Origin: a virus
Direction: 5' to 3' (one strand)
IMG/VR virus record: IMGVR_UViG_3300025598_000021
DNA length: 64,000 nt
How positions within the stretch are numbered: position 1 is the first letter of the stretch; the number at the start of each line of letters is the position of its first letter. Positions 10,518 through 20,618 of the stretch are shown here, in pieces. The notes beneath the pieces were generated by a model that did no database searches, had not been told where the DNA came from, and saw nothing but the letters and a program-made list of their open reading frames with translations. Position numbers and translations under genes: made by a program.

Positions 10518-11189
10518 ATGAAGCTAATATCGGAACTAGTAGAAGAAACAAGTGTTATTACCGAATTAAACGAAAACGGTAAGAAAGACTATTATATTAC
10601 CGGCCGCTTCATGACTGCCGATGAGCCTAATAAGAACGGAAGACTCTACGAGAAGAAGATTCTAGAAAATGAAGTCTCCAGATATGTTAGAGAGATGGTC
10701 AATACTAAAAGAGCGCTAGGCGAGCTCAACCATCCACAGGGTCCGACTATCAATCTTGACAGAGTATCACACATGATAACTGAATTATCGTGGGATAGAA
10801 ACTATGTCAATGGTAAGGCTAAGATCACAGATACTCCTATGGGTCAGATCGTTAAGGGTCTATTAGAAGGTGGATGGAAGGGCGGCGTCTCTACTCGCGG
10901 CATGGGTTCGCTAAAAGAGTCAAATGGTATAATGGTAGTTCAGTCAGACTTTAAGCTTTCAACAGTAGACATCGTCTCTGATCCATCAGGTCCAGGCTGC
11001 TTCGTCAATGGTATCATGGAAAACGTAGAATGGATATATGATCCAGTCAAAGGTACTTGGCATGAAGAACAGCTTCATACGATGAAGGAAGAGATTCATA
11101 AGATGTCTATCAAAGAGATAGAAGAGAAGAAATTGGAGCTATTTGAAAACTATATTGCTTCTCTGACAGTAAAAAACCACTTAATATAA
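10518..11189 (+). CDS. gp21: Prohead protease gp21
   Basis: NKNGRLY, RALGELNHP, GVSTRGMGSL, VDIVSDPS. Confidence 0.95.
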   Translation: MKLISELVEETSVITELNENGKKDYYITGRFMTADEPNKNGRLYEKKILENEVSRYVREMVNTKRALGELNHPQGPTINLDRVSHMITELSWDRNYVNGKAKITDTPMGQIVKGLLEGGWKGGVSTRGMGSLKESNGIMVVQSDFKLSTVDIVSDPSGPGCFVNGIMENVEWIYDPVKGTWHEEQLHTMKEEIHKMSIKEIEEKKLELFENYIASLTVKNHLI

Positions 11190-11192
11190 ATA
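11185..11192 (+). promoter_or_regulatory. Late promoter
   Basis: TATAAATA upstream of gp22. Confidence 0.75.
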
Positions 11193-11222
11193 ATTATAAA
11201 TTTTTAAAAGGAGACTATTCTA

Positions 11223-12437
11223 ATGGCTAACTTAGAAAACGAAACAGACTTCGAAGACGTTGCTGATAACAGCGCTGAAGTTGTTGAGGAAGAGGTAGAG
11301 AACGTAGACGAAGCCGAAGAAGGATGGTCTGCTTCTAACAAGAAAGACGCTAAATTGACAAAGAAACAAGAAAAAGCAGAGAACAAGGGTGCCGCCGTTA
11401 AAGAAGACACTGTAGCTGCTGAAACTATCAAAGCTCATAAGTCAGCTGACAAGTCAAACGCCGGCAGCGATGACAAGGCTCTTACTTGTTCAAAAGTTTC
11501 AATGATGCAGCACATGGTCAACGCTATGGCCGGCATGACTAAGACAGACGCCGTTGAGTGGTTCAACAAAGCCATGGCTGTCTACGGTCCTGGCAAGTCA
11601 CACGGTGTTGGCGACGTTTCTAAATCAAACGAAGCTTCAATCGACACTACTCTAGGTAAGGGTCCAAAGACTGCATACCCAATGCCTAAGCTCGATTCAA
11701 AGAATCACTGGGCTGAAGACGTTGAGGGAATGTTCGACGATCAAGAGAACCTCTCTGAAGACTTCAAAGAAAAAGCAACTACTATATTCGAAGCAGCTGT
11801 TGGCGCTCGTGTCACTACTGAAATCGCTCGTCTCGAAGAAGAGTTCGAGACTAAGCTCGATGAGCAGGTCGAAGTAATTAGAGAAGAGCTATCATCAAAG
11901 CTCGACACTTATCTAGACTACGTCGTTGAGAACTGGATGAAAGAAAACGAAGTTGCTATCGAGTCAACTCTCCGTAACGAGATCATGGAAGAGTTCATCG
12001 AAGGTCTTAAAGGTCTATTCGCTGAGCACTACATCAACGTTCCTGAGACTAAGGTCGATGTTCTAGAAGCTCTCGCTGACAAGGTAGAGTCACTAGAGGC
12101 AAAACTCGACGAGCAGATCACTAAGAATGCTGAGCTCGAGGAAGTACTAATTGAAGAAGCTAAGAAAGACATCTTCGAAGAGATCTCTTCCGATCTTGCT
12201 CTCACGCAGCAGGAAAAGTTTGCTTCACTAGCCGAAGGCATTGAGTTCAATGGCGATCTCGAGACTTACACTAAGAAACTAAAGATCGTTAAGGAAAACT
12301 ATTTCAAGGCTCCAACCACTCACTCTTCAAACATCACTGAAGAGACTTTTGAGGGTGACGTCACTGACACTGTTGTTTCTGTCGATCCAAGCGTAAATCG
12401 TTACGTTCAAGCAATCGCAAGAACTGTTAAGAAATAA
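11223..12437 (+). CDS. gp22: Prohead scaffolding protein gp22
   Basis: LSEDFKEKATTIFEAAV, YLDYVVENWMKENEVAIE; acidic coiled coil before the capsid gene. Confidence 0.93.
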   Translation: MANLENETDFEDVADNSAEVVEEEVENVDEAEEGWSASNKKDAKLTKKQEKAENKGAAVKEDTVAAETIKAHKSADKSNAGSDDKALTCSKVSMMQHMVNAMAGMTKTDAVEWFNKAMAVYGPGKSHGVGDVSKSNEASIDTTLGKGPKTAYPMPKLDSKNHWAEDVEGMFDDQENLSEDFKEKATTIFEAAVGARVTTEIARLEEEFETKLDEQVEVIREELSSKLDTYLDYVVENWMKENEVAIESTLRNEIMEEFIEGLKGLFAEHYINVPETKVDVLEALADKVESLEAKLDEQITKNAELEEVLIEEAKKDIFEEISSDLALTQQEKFASLAEGIEFNGDLETYTKKLKIVKENYFKAPTTHSSNITEETFEGDVTDTVVSVDPSVNRYVQAIARTVKK

Positions 12438-12442
12438 TTAGT

Positions 12443-12450
12443 TATAAATA
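12443..12450 (+). promoter_or_regulatory. Late promoter for the major capsid gene
   Basis: TATAAATA upstream of gp23. Confidence 0.8.
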
Positions 12451-12482
12451 ATTAATAAACCTTAGTAAAGAAAGGAAAATAA

Positions 12483-13886
12483 ATGTATCTAGCTGAGGAA
12501 ATTCAAAACAAGTGGGCACCAGTGCTCGACCATGACGCTCTTGGAGAAATCAAAGACGCTCATCGTCGTTCGGTCACTGCCCTTATGCTCGAGAACACTG
12601 AGAATGCTCTTCGCGAGTCAGCAGCTCATGGCAGCTACCAGACTCTAACTGAGACTTCTTCTGCTCTCCCTGCAAACTTCATGGGCTCTTCAAGCTCAAC
12701 TGCTGGTGCAGGCGGTATCGATACTTTCGATCCTGTTCTTATCAGCCTAGTTCGTCGCGCAATGCCTAACCTCATTGCATACGACATCTGCGGCGTTCAG
12801 CCAATGACTGGCCCAACTGGTCTTATCTTTGCTATGCGTTCGCGCTACGCAAACCAGACTGGTGCAAACGGTCTTGCAAACGGTGCAGTTCAAGACAACG
12901 AAACCTTCTACAACGAAGTCAACACTGCGTTCACTGGTCTCGGCGGTCTTACTGGCGTCAATCCAAACACCTACGGTCAGGGCTTCACCGGCACTATCCC
13001 AGGTGCGACTAACACCACACCACTAACTGCCACCAACACCTATAACACTGGTTTTGGTATGTCAACTGCACAGGGCGAAGCTCTCGGCGTTGATTCCGGC
13101 AACACCTTCCCTCAGATGGCTTTCACTATCGAGAAGGTTACTGTTACTGCTAACACTCGCGCCCTAAAGGCAGAGTACACTATGGAACTCGCTCAAGATC
13201 TTAAAGCCATTCACGGCCTAGACGCTGAGACTGAACTCTCCAACATCCTTTCAGCAGAAATTCTTGCTGAAATCAACCGTGAAATCGTTCGCACGATCAA
13301 CATCACTGCAGTTCCTGGTGCTCAGCTGAACACTACTACTGCCGGCGTGTTCGATCTCGACACTGATTCAAACGGTCGTTGGTCGGTTGAGAAGTTCAAA
13401 GGTCTTATGTTCCAGCTCGAAAGAGAAGCTAACCAGATCGCTAAGCAGACTCGTAGAGGGAAAGGTAACATCGTTATCTGTTCTTCGGATGTTGCATCCG
13501 CTCTACAGATGGCCGGCGTTCTCGACTACGCTCCAGCTCTTAACAGCAACAAACTAGAAGTTGACGATACTGGCAACACTTTCGCTGGTGTTCTCAATGG
13601 TCGCCTAAAAGTCTATATCGACCCATACGCTATCGGTGGTAACTACATCACTGTCGGCTATAAGGGTTCTTCGGCTTTCGATGCTGGCCTATTCTACTGC
13701 CCATACGTTCCACTTCAGATGGTTCGTGCAGTTGATCAGTCAACTTTCCAGCCAAAGATTGGCTTCAAGACTCGTTACGGCGTTGTCGCGAATCCTTTCG
13801 CTCAGGGCCTCACTAAGGGTTCTGGTGCACTTGCTATCAGCACTAACGTCTACTATCGTAGAGTTATTGTTAACAACCTTATGTAA
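12483..13886 (+). CDS. gp23: Major capsid protein gp23
   Basis: LVRRAMPNLIAYDICGVQPMTGPTGLIFAMR, ELAQDLKAIHGLDAE, FQPKIGFKTRYG. Confidence 0.98.
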   Translation: MYLAEEIQNKWAPVLDHDALGEIKDAHRRSVTALMLENTENALRESAAHGSYQTLTETSSALPANFMGSSSSTAGAGGIDTFDPVLISLVRRAMPNLIAYDICGVQPMTGPTGLIFAMRSRYANQTGANGLANGAVQDNETFYNEVNTAFTGLGGLTGVNPNTYGQGFTGTIPGATNTTPLTATNTYNTGFGMSTAQGEALGVDSGNTFPQMAFTIEKVTVTANTRALKAEYTMELAQDLKAIHGLDAETELSNILSAEILAEINREIVRTINITAVPGAQLNTTTAGVFDLDTDSNGRWSVEKFKGLMFQLEREANQIAKQTRRGKGNIVICSSDVASALQMAGVLDYAPALNSNKLEVDDTGNTFAGVLNGRLKVYIDPYAIGGNYITVGYKGSSAFDAGLFYCPYVPLQMVRAVDQSTFQPKIGFKTRYGVVANPFAQGLTKGSGALAISTNVYYRRVIVNNLM

Positions 13887-13929
13887 TATAAGGCTAAGTA
13901 GACCCCGTAAACAAGGGGGCGAGAAACTT

Positions 13930-13954
13930 GGGGAGTCTTCGGACTCCCCTTTTT
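13930..13954 (+). terminator. Intrinsic terminator after gp23 with C(UUCG)G tetraloop
   Basis: GGGGAGTC-TTCG-GACTCCCC followed by TTTTT. Confidence 0.92.
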
Positions 13955-13958
13955 CATA

Positions 13959-13966
13959 TATAAATA
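13959..13966 (+). promoter_or_regulatory. Late promoter
   Basis: TATAAATA followed by AAGGAG RBS of gp3. Confidence 0.8.
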
Positions 13967-13983
13967 CATAAAAGGAGTGTGGC

Positions 13984-14508
13984 ATGACGGCGATTGATGA
14001 TACCCCAACTAATCTTAATTATCTTACACCGTTAAACTTTAAGTTCGCTATCAAGAGAGCTCCACACGTAGAATTCTTTATTCAAAAGATCAGTATTCCA
14101 AGCATAGTGCTCGTTGAGGTAGACGCTCCGAGTCCACTCGTTAAGATTCCGTATCCAGGTGATCATATCAACTATGGTAATCTAGAGATAACGTTTAAGG
14201 TAGACGAGAAGCTTCAGAACTATCTAGAGATTCATAACTGGCTGAGAGCGCTAGGTAAACCAACTAGTACAGACGAGTACGCCGCTATAGAGGCTAATCC
14301 ATCTTGGACTGGTAAGGGTATATATTCCGATATAACTCTGTCTATTCTCAGTAATATTAAAACTATAAACTACGACGTCACCTTTGTCGATGCTTTCCCC
14401 ATTGGTGTATCTAGTGTCACCTTTAATACTACCGATGAGGACGTACAATACGTAGAGGCTTCAGCTACATTCAAATATAGCTACTATAATATATCTCAAA
14501 GCGTCTAA
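13984..14508 (+). CDS. gp3: Tail tube terminator / completion protein gp3
   Basis: NYLTPLNFKF, PGDHINYGNLEITFKVDEKLQNYLEIHNW, FVDAFP. Confidence 0.88.
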   Translation: MTAIDDTPTNLNYLTPLNFKFAIKRAPHVEFFIQKISIPSIVLVEVDAPSPLVKIPYPGDHINYGNLEITFKVDEKLQNYLEIHNWLRALGKPTSTDEYAAIEANPSWTGKGIYSDITLSILSNIKTINYDVTFVDAFPIGVSSVTFNTTDEDVQYVEASATFKYSYYNISQSV

Positions 14509-14534
14509 TAGATAACTCTGTTTGGATAAGATCT

Positions 14535-14563
14535 ATTATAACCAAATCTTCCACATGTGTCAA
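14535..14563 (-). promoter_or_regulatory. Consensus sigma70 promoter pointing antisense into gp3
   Basis: Minus strand TTGACA-N17-TATAAT. Confidence 0.7.
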
Positions 14564-14571
14564 CTTTTTTA

Positions 14572-14600
14572 TGTACAATCGTAGTATTTTTGTTATAATA
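14572..14600 (+). promoter_or_regulatory. sigma70-type promoter for uvsY
   Basis: TGTACA-N17-TATAAT. Confidence 0.7.
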
Positions 14601-14625
14601 TAAAAAATGACAGCTGGAGATATGT

Positions 14626-15060
14626 ATGAATATTGAAGACATCATGAAGTTATGGGAGTCTGATACTAAGATAGATAAGACAGAGTTGGGCGACGAGTCT
14701 TTAAATATACCGAAGCTTCATTCTAAATACTATAACGTACTACTCAAAGAAAGACTCCTTCTTAGAAAGTTAGAGTCTGAGATGAAGCAGCTCAAGCTAG
14801 ATAAGTACGAGTTCTTTACACAGGGTCCTAACGAAGAGACCAAAGACAGAGGATGGAAGCTACCGCCTAAAGGTATGATATTAAAGTCTGATATTCCGAT
14901 GTACATGGACGCAGATCAAGACGTTATCAATCTGAGTCTAAAGATCGGCATGCAGCAGGAGAAGATTGAGTTTCTAGACTCAATAATTAAGACTATAATA
15001 AACAGAAATTTCTTGATAAAGAACGCTATTGATTTTATGAAATTTATTAATGGTCAATAG
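14626..15060 (+). CDS. uvsY: Recombination mediator UvsY
   Basis: WESDTKIDKTEL, ESLNIPKLHSKY, RNFLIKNAIDFMKF. Confidence 0.92.
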   Translation: MNIEDIMKLWESDTKIDKTELGDESLNIPKLHSKYYNVLLKERLLLRKLESEMKQLKLDKYEFFTQGPNEETKDRGWKLPPKGMILKSDIPMYMDADQDVINLSLKIGMQQEKIEFLDSIIKTIINRNFLIKNAIDFMKFINGQ

Positions 15061-15069
15061 CAGTCTTTA

Positions 15070-15105
15070 TATAAATAAAGTCATAGGAGGAACTAACTAT
15101 GACTT
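15070..15105 (+). promoter_or_regulatory. Late promoter plus hairpin covering the endonuclease start codon
   Basis: TATAAATA at 15070-15077; 9-bp stem AAGTCATAG/CTATGACTT spans the GGAGG RBS and the ATG. Confidence 0.8.
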
Positions 15106-15656
15106 ATCATATAATATATAAAACTACTAATATTATAAATGGTAATTATTATTATGGAATACATTCTACAGAAAATTTAAAAGATGATTATTTTGGTTCT
15201 GGATCTAAATTGCAAAATGCTATAAAAAAATATGGTATTGAAAATTTTAAAAAAGAAATTATTTGTTATTTTGATAGTAGAGAAGAAGCTTTAATTTATG
15301 AATCTAAAATAGTGAATGAAGAACTTGTTAATGATCCTATGTGTTATAATTTAACTATAGGAGGTGGTGCGCCACCAAGTCAAAAGGGAAAAGTTTCTGT
15401 TACTAATAAATTAAAAGGTGAAGAAAGAACAGAAAAACAAAAAGAAGCATCTAAAAGACATTCAGAAACAATGAGAGGAAGATTAGTTTGGAATAAAGGA
15501 AAAAGAGGTGTTCAAACTGGGTGGAATAAAGGTACTAAATATGAAAGTGGAAAAAAACAAGCCAAAATAAAATATATTTGCCCTCATTGTGAAAAAGAAG
15601 GATTTGGAAATCTTATGAAAAGATGGCACTTCGATAATTGTAAAATGAGAAAATAA
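15099..15656 (+). mobile_element. Free-standing GIY-YIG (Seg-like) homing endonuclease gene
   Basis: IIYKTTN..YYYGIH, YFGSG, YNLTIGG; NUMOD-like WNKG repeats; C-terminal CPHC..HFDNC; much more AT-rich than flanks. Confidence 0.88.
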
Positions 15657-17110
15657 TGGATATAGTTCAGGTCGAACGTTTCGACGAAGTTTATATTAAG
15701 ATCAAGGCCGATCCCGGCGTCATGATGGAGCTTAGCGAGTACTTTACGTTTGACGTGCCCGGCGCTAAATTCATGCCTGCATATAAGATGAAGGTTTGGG
15801 ACGGAAAGGTCAGACTGTTAAACGTGATGACCGGACTGTTGTTTGCCGGACTGTTGAGATATGTCGAGGAGTTCTGCAGATCTAGAGAGTATATCGTAGA
15901 GCATCTGTCTGACTTCTCTTCTGAGGAGTTCTCTCTTAAAGAGGCAGACGAGTTCGTATCAAAATTAAAACCAACGATGCAGCCGAGAGACTATCAGCTC
16001 GACGCGTTCGTTCACGCCGTGAGGGAGAGAAGAGCGCTGCTGCTATCACCGACGGCTTCAGGCAAGTCATTCATAATCTATCTATTAACGAGGTACTATG
16101 CGAGTCGCACTCTTATTATTGTTCCAACTACTTCTCTTGTTTCTCAGCTTGCCTCTGATTTTGCTGACTACGGGTTTGATTCTGATTGTTTCGTACATCG
16201 TGTATTTTCTGGACAGGATAAAGTATCAGATAAGCCGATTACCATCACGACCTGGCAGTCGATTTACAAACTACCTAAGACGTATTTCTCAAACTTTGAT
16301 GTAGTGATCGGCGATGAGGCGCATCTTTTTAAAGCAAAATCGCTTACTTCTATTCTTTCTAAGCTTGATAACTGTAAATATCGCTTTGGCTTTACCGGAA
16401 CTCTGGATGGAAGTGAAACAAACAAGCTCGTTCTTGAGGGACTGTTTGGTCCTGTTCGTAAAGTAATAACCACGTCTGAGCTTATTGAGAAGAAGCATCT
16501 AGCTGAGTTTCAGATTAAAGCTCTCGTGCTCAGCTACTCTGACGAGATCCGCAAGCACGTATCTACGCTCAAGTATCAAGATGAGATCGACTATATCGTA
16601 AGACTTCCAGAGCGTAACAACTTCGTAAAGAACCTAGCACTGTCGCTGAAGGGAAACACTCTACTGCTGTTCCAATTTGTTGACAAACACGGAAAAGTAT
16701 TGTATGATATAATCAAGAAAGAAGCTGGTGAGAGGAAGGTGTTCTATGTTTCTGGATCAGTTGATGGAGAAGAGCGGGAAGAGATTAGAAAGATTGTAGA
16801 GAGTGAAAGAGACGCGATTATTGTGGCTTCTTACGGGACTTTTAGCACTGGTGTCAACATACGCAATCTACACAATATTATTTTTAGCTCTCCTTCCAAG
16901 TCTCGGATACGCAATCTACAAAGTATAGGTAGAGGTCTAAGAAAGTCAGACACTAAAGACGCTGCGACACTATACGATATAGCAGACGATCTCACGTGGA
17001 AGAACAAGAAGAACTTTACGATACTACATTTCATGGAAAGAATTAAGATATACAATGAAGAGAAATTTAAATATAAACTCTATCAAGTAAAGATTAAGGT
17101 AAAACAATGA
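15656..17110 (+). CDS. uvsW: UvsW DNA helicase
   Basis: SPTASGKS, DEAH, GFTGTL, LQSIGRGLR. Confidence 0.96.
   Translation: MDIVQVERFDEVYIKIKADPGVMMELSEYFTFDVPGAKFMPAYKMKVWDGKVRLLNVMTGLLFAGLLRYVEEFCRSREYIVEHLSDFSSEEFSLKEADEFVSKLKPTMQPRDYQLDAFVHAVRERRALLLSPTASGKSFIIYLLTRYYASRTLIIVPTTSLVSQLASDFADYGFDSDCFVHRVFSGQDKVSDKPITITTWQSIYKLPKTYFSNFDVVIGDEAHLFKAKSLTSILSKLDNCKYRFGFTGTLDGSETNKLVLEGLFGPVRKVITTSELIEKKHLAEFQIKALVLSYSDEIRKHVSTLKYQDEIDYIVRLPERNNFVKNLALSLKGNTLLLFQFVDKHGKVLYDIIKKEAGERKVFYVSGSVDGEEREEIRKIVESERDAIIVASYGTFSTGVNIRNLHNIIFSSPSKSRIRNLQSIGRGLRKSDTKDAATLYDIADDLTWKNKKNFTILHFMERIKIYNEEKFKYKLYQVKIKVKQ
16680..16708 (+). promoter_or_regulatory. sigma70-type promoter inside uvsW, probably for gp55
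   Basis: TTGACA-N17-TATGAT. Confidence 0.55.
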
Positions 17111-17664
17111 AAACAGATGAGAAGAAGCCTAGAAAGAAAGTTAACTACATAAACAATAAGACTCTGTATGGCTCAATGATTCATCACAAGAATGAAGTTA
17201 CTGAGGCTAAACGTGAGAACAGACAGCCGCCGATCGTACCTAAGTATATCGGTGAGTCTATCTTATTGATCTGTAGCAACTTGGCTAAGAAACCAAACTT
17301 CTCCGGCTACACGTATAAGACCGACATGATCTCTGACGCTATAATGGACTGTGTGGCCGCTGTCGATAATTTTGATCCAGAAAAGACTAATAACCCATTC
17401 GCGTACTTTACTCAGATCGCTTGGAACGCTTTCATACGTCGTATCCAGAAAGAAAAGAAGCAGACGTATATTAAACATAAAAACTTTGAGAACAGCTTTA
17501 TCATGAACGAACTATGGTCTGACGCTGAGAACATTCACCTTAAGGCTAACGAATACTCATCTGAGATAGTCAGATCTTTTGAAGATAAGAATAAGTTGAC
17601 AAAGACTAAGAAAGCGAATAAAATGGTTGGAGTCGAGAAGTTCTCGGGAGAAGAAAATGAATAA
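17107..17664 (+). CDS. gp55: Late transcription sigma factor gp55
   Basis: NYINNK, KPNFSGYTYKTDMISDA, NPFAYFTQIAWNAFIRRIQKEKKQ. Confidence 0.95.
   Translation: MKTDEKKPRKKVNYINNKTLYGSMIHHKNEVTEAKRENRQPPIVPKYIGESILLICSNLAKKPNFSGYTYKTDMISDAIMDCVAAVDNFDPEKTNNPFAYFTQIAWNAFIRRIQKEKKQTYIKHKNFENSFIMNELWSDAENIHLKANEYSSEIVRSFEDKNKLTKTKKANKMVGVEKFSGEENE
17596..17624 (+). promoter_or_regulatory. sigma70-type promoter in the 3' end of gp55
   Basis: TTGACA-N17-TAAAAT. Confidence 0.6.
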
Positions 17665-17842
17665 GAACCTACATCTTGTGCCGATCAACGTCGTCGATAT
17701 CGTTGAGCGCCTTAACAGTAAAGACCTGAGAGACAACGAGCGACAGATCCTTCTTCAGAGACTAGAGACTATTCGCGACTACTGCGCGGCAGCGGTAGTT
17801 AAGATCAATGGTGGCTCACAGAACATTCGTAGAATCAAGTAA
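17657..17842 (+). CDS. Hypothetical protein
   Basis: ATG at 17657 with GGAG RBS; fills the gp55-gp47 gap. Confidence 0.65.
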   Translation: MNKNLHLVPINVVDIVERLNSKDLRDNERQILLQRLETIRDYCAAAVVKINGGSQNIRRIK

Positions 17843-18912
17843 TGAAGATAGCGCTAATAACGGACTCGCACGCTGGTGTCAGAAATGACTCTCTAGCGTT
17901 TCATGACTACATGAAAAAGTTCTATGACAACATATTTTTTAAATATCTCAGTGAACACAGTATACGCACCGTGGTCCATTGCGGCGACATCATCGATCGT
18001 CGTAAGTATATCAACATCAACACGGCGTATCGTCTACGCAGAGATCTTATCGAGCCGGCACTAAATCAAGGAATCGAGTGGCACCAGATCATCGGTAACC
18101 ACGATACATATCATAAGAACACCAACGAGGTGAGTTCTTTTACTGAACTTTTTGGTTCATACGAGAACTATACAACCCTAAATATATATGATACCACAAC
18201 AGAAGTCATGTTCGGTGACACTAAGATACTGTTGATTCCTTGGATTTGTGATGACAATAAAGAACATTCCTTCGATCTAATAAGGAACACAGATGCGCAA
18301 ATCGCGTTCGGTCACTTGGAACTCCAAGGCTTTGAGATGTTCAAGGGCTCAATTGTCTCACACGGATATGACCCAGAATCTTTTGGACGGTTTGATATTG
18401 TTTGCTCTGGGCATTATCATCATCGCTCAAACCGTGGCAATATTTACTATCTCGGTTCTCCTGCAGAGTATACTTGGTCTGATTACAATGATCCTAGAGG
18501 GTTTCATATATTTGACACAGAGACGAGACAGCTAGAGTTCATTGAAAATCCATACAAGATGTTCAAGAAGGTATGGTATAACGACGGGAGCGAAGAGTTC
18601 CTAGAGAGTGAGATGGACTATTCTCAGTTTGAGAACAGTATGGTCAAGGTGATCGTCCAAGAGAAGAACAATCCTTACTGGTTCGATAAGTTTATTGAGA
18701 ACATTGAGAAGCAGAACCCAGTAGACCTGCAGGTCGTAGAAGATCATCTCAACTTAGGTCTAGAAGAAGATCAAGACATCATCGACGAAGCTGAGTCTAC
18801 GCTTGATATATTTAAGAAGTATATTGGAACTGCCGAAATAAAAGGCGTGAATAAAGTAAAGTTAGAGAATAAGATAACTGAATTGTATCATGAGGCTTTG
18901 ACTATAGAATGA
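17842..18912 (+). CDS. gp47: Recombination endonuclease subunit gp47 (Mre11/SbcD-like)
   Basis: TDSHAG, GDIIDRR, GNHD, SGHYH metallophosphoesterase motifs. Confidence 0.95.
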   Translation: MKIALITDSHAGVRNDSLAFHDYMKKFYDNIFFKYLSEHSIRTVVHCGDIIDRRKYININTAYRLRRDLIEPALNQGIEWHQIIGNHDTYHKNTNEVSSFTELFGSYENYTTLNIYDTTTEVMFGDTKILLIPWICDDNKEHSFDLIRNTDAQIAFGHLELQGFEMFKGSIVSHGYDPESFGRFDIVCSGHYHHRSNRGNIYYLGSPAEYTWSDYNDPRGFHIFDTETRQLEFIENPYKMFKKVWYNDGSEEFLESEMDYSQFENSMVKVIVQEKNNPYWFDKFIENIEKQNPVDLQVVEDHLNLGLEEDQDIIDEAESTLDIFKKYIGTAEIKGVNKVKLENKITELYHEALTIE

Positions 18913-20615
18913 TATACTTTAAAAAGATTAGATGGAAGAACTTACTCTCTACTGGTAATGTCTTCACCGAGATAGACCTGTGCGGAAGAGACACAACACT
19001 TATTGTCGGTACTAACGGTGCCGGTAAGTCTACTCTATTAGACGCTCTATCTTTTGGTCTGTTTGGTAAACCATTTCGTAAGATCAACAAGCCACAACTT
19101 GTTAACTCTATCACAGAAAAGAACTGTGTCGTAGAGTTAGAGTTCTCTATTGGTTCGAACCAGTACAAGATCATCCGTGGTATTAAACCAAATATCTTTG
19201 AAGTATATCAGAATGATAATCTTCTCAATCAGTCTGCTGAGGTGAAAGACTATCAAGAGATACTTGAAAAGCAGATTCTAAAAGTAAATCATAAGACATT
19301 TAATCAGGTAGTCATACTAGGATCAGCTACATTTCAGCCGTTCATGCAGCTTCCCGGTGGTCAGCGCAGAGACGTAATTGAAGATCTTCTAGACCTTCAG
19401 ATATTCACGACGATGAATTCACTCCTTAAAGATAAGATACTCTTTAATAATGAGAATATAAATTCTGTTGTATCTGAAAAGAAATTAATCGAGTCTAAAA
19501 TCGAGATGACTAAAGAACATCTCAAAGAACTACAGACAAACAACGATAAACTTATAGAAGAGAAGCAGGAACTCTTAAAAGATACGTTTAATCAGTTAGC
19601 AGAGTTGAACGCAAAACACGTATTAATAGAAGAGGATATTGAAAAGCTTCAATCACAGATCGAAGATAACGACAGCATCTCTAAGAAGATAAGCAAGTTG
19701 TCTAAGCTCCGTCATCAGATCGAGGCGAAGGCGTCACTGTTGAATGACGACGTTAAGTTCTTTCACGATCATAAGAACTGTCCTACCTGCAAGCAGGACA
19801 TCGAAGAAGATTTTCGTGAGAACACTATCGCTAGCAAGATGATAGAGATCAGAGAGATAGATAATGGTCTAGAGCTCCTATCTAAAGAATATGAGGCCGC
19901 TAACGATAGACTAAAAGAGATAATGGAGATTAATAGTAAAATACAGTCTTTTCAGATGGAAAAGATCGAACTTAATACTAATATAAACTCTATGACTCGC
20001 TACTGCAAGCAGCTACAGAAAGATATCAGAGACATACATGAGAAGCATACTGCTGAAAAAGATATAAAGATTGTCGACTTTGAAAACACTCTTAAAGAGA
20101 TAGAAGACAAGTACAACGAGCTGTCTGAGGAGAAGAATGTTTTAGCCGTAGCTAGTTCTATGCTCAAAGATGGTGGTATTAAGGCTAAGATCATCAAACA
20201 GTATATTCCTGTGATAAATAAGCTCATCAATAAATATCTATCATCTATGGACTTCTTTGTATCATTTGAATTAAATGAAGAGTTTAATGAGAGTATTAAG
20301 TCCAGACATAGAGATGATTTTACGTATGCTTCCTTCTCTGAAGGAGAAAAACAAAAGATAGATCTTGCACTACTGTTTACGTGGAGAGCAGTCGCTAAAC
20401 TTAGAAACTCTATCAATACAAACTTATTAATCATGGATGAAGTATTTGACTCATCTCTAGATCAGAACGCGACAGACTATCTAATGAACATCATTAGAGA
20501 TATATCTAAAGACAGTAACATCTTTATTATATCTCACAAAGAACATATGAACGAAAAGTTCACTAACGTATTAAGATTTCAGAAACATAAGAATTTCTCG
20601 CAATTACAGGAGTAA
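18909..20615 (+). CDS. gp46: Recombination ATPase subunit gp46 (Rad50/SbcC-like)
   Basis: GTNGAGKST, zinc hook CPTC, FSEGEK, MDEVFDSSLD, ISH. Confidence 0.96.
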   Translation: MIYFKKIRWKNLLSTGNVFTEIDLCGRDTTLIVGTNGAGKSTLLDALSFGLFGKPFRKINKPQLVNSITEKNCVVELEFSIGSNQYKIIRGIKPNIFEVYQNDNLLNQSAEVKDYQEILEKQILKVNHKTFNQVVILGSATFQPFMQLPGGQRRDVIEDLLDLQIFTTMNSLLKDKILFNNENINSVVSEKKLIESKIEMTKEHLKELQTNNDKLIEEKQELLKDTFNQLAELNAKHVLIEEDIEKLQSQIEDNDSISKKISKLSKLRHQIEAKASLLNDDVKFFHDHKNCPTCKQDIEEDFRENTIASKMIEIREIDNGLELLSKEYEAANDRLKEIMEINSKIQSFQMEKIELNTNINSMTRYCKQLQKDIRDIHEKHTAEKDIKIVDFENTLKEIEDKYNELSEEKNVLAVASSMLKDGGIKAKIIKQYIPVINKLINKYLSSMDFFVSFELNEEFNESIKSRHRDDFTYASFSEGEKQKIDLALLFTWRAVAKLRNSINTNLLIMDEVFDSSLDQNATDYLMNIIRDISKDSNIFIISHKEHMNEKFTNVLRFQKHKNFSQLQE

Positions 20616-20618
20616 GAC

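Noticed and set aside
13887-13929. Possible ribozyme or structured RNA between the gp23 stop and its terminator
   Set aside because: Only a short CCCC/GGGG stem is visible; no ribozyme core could be matched by eye.
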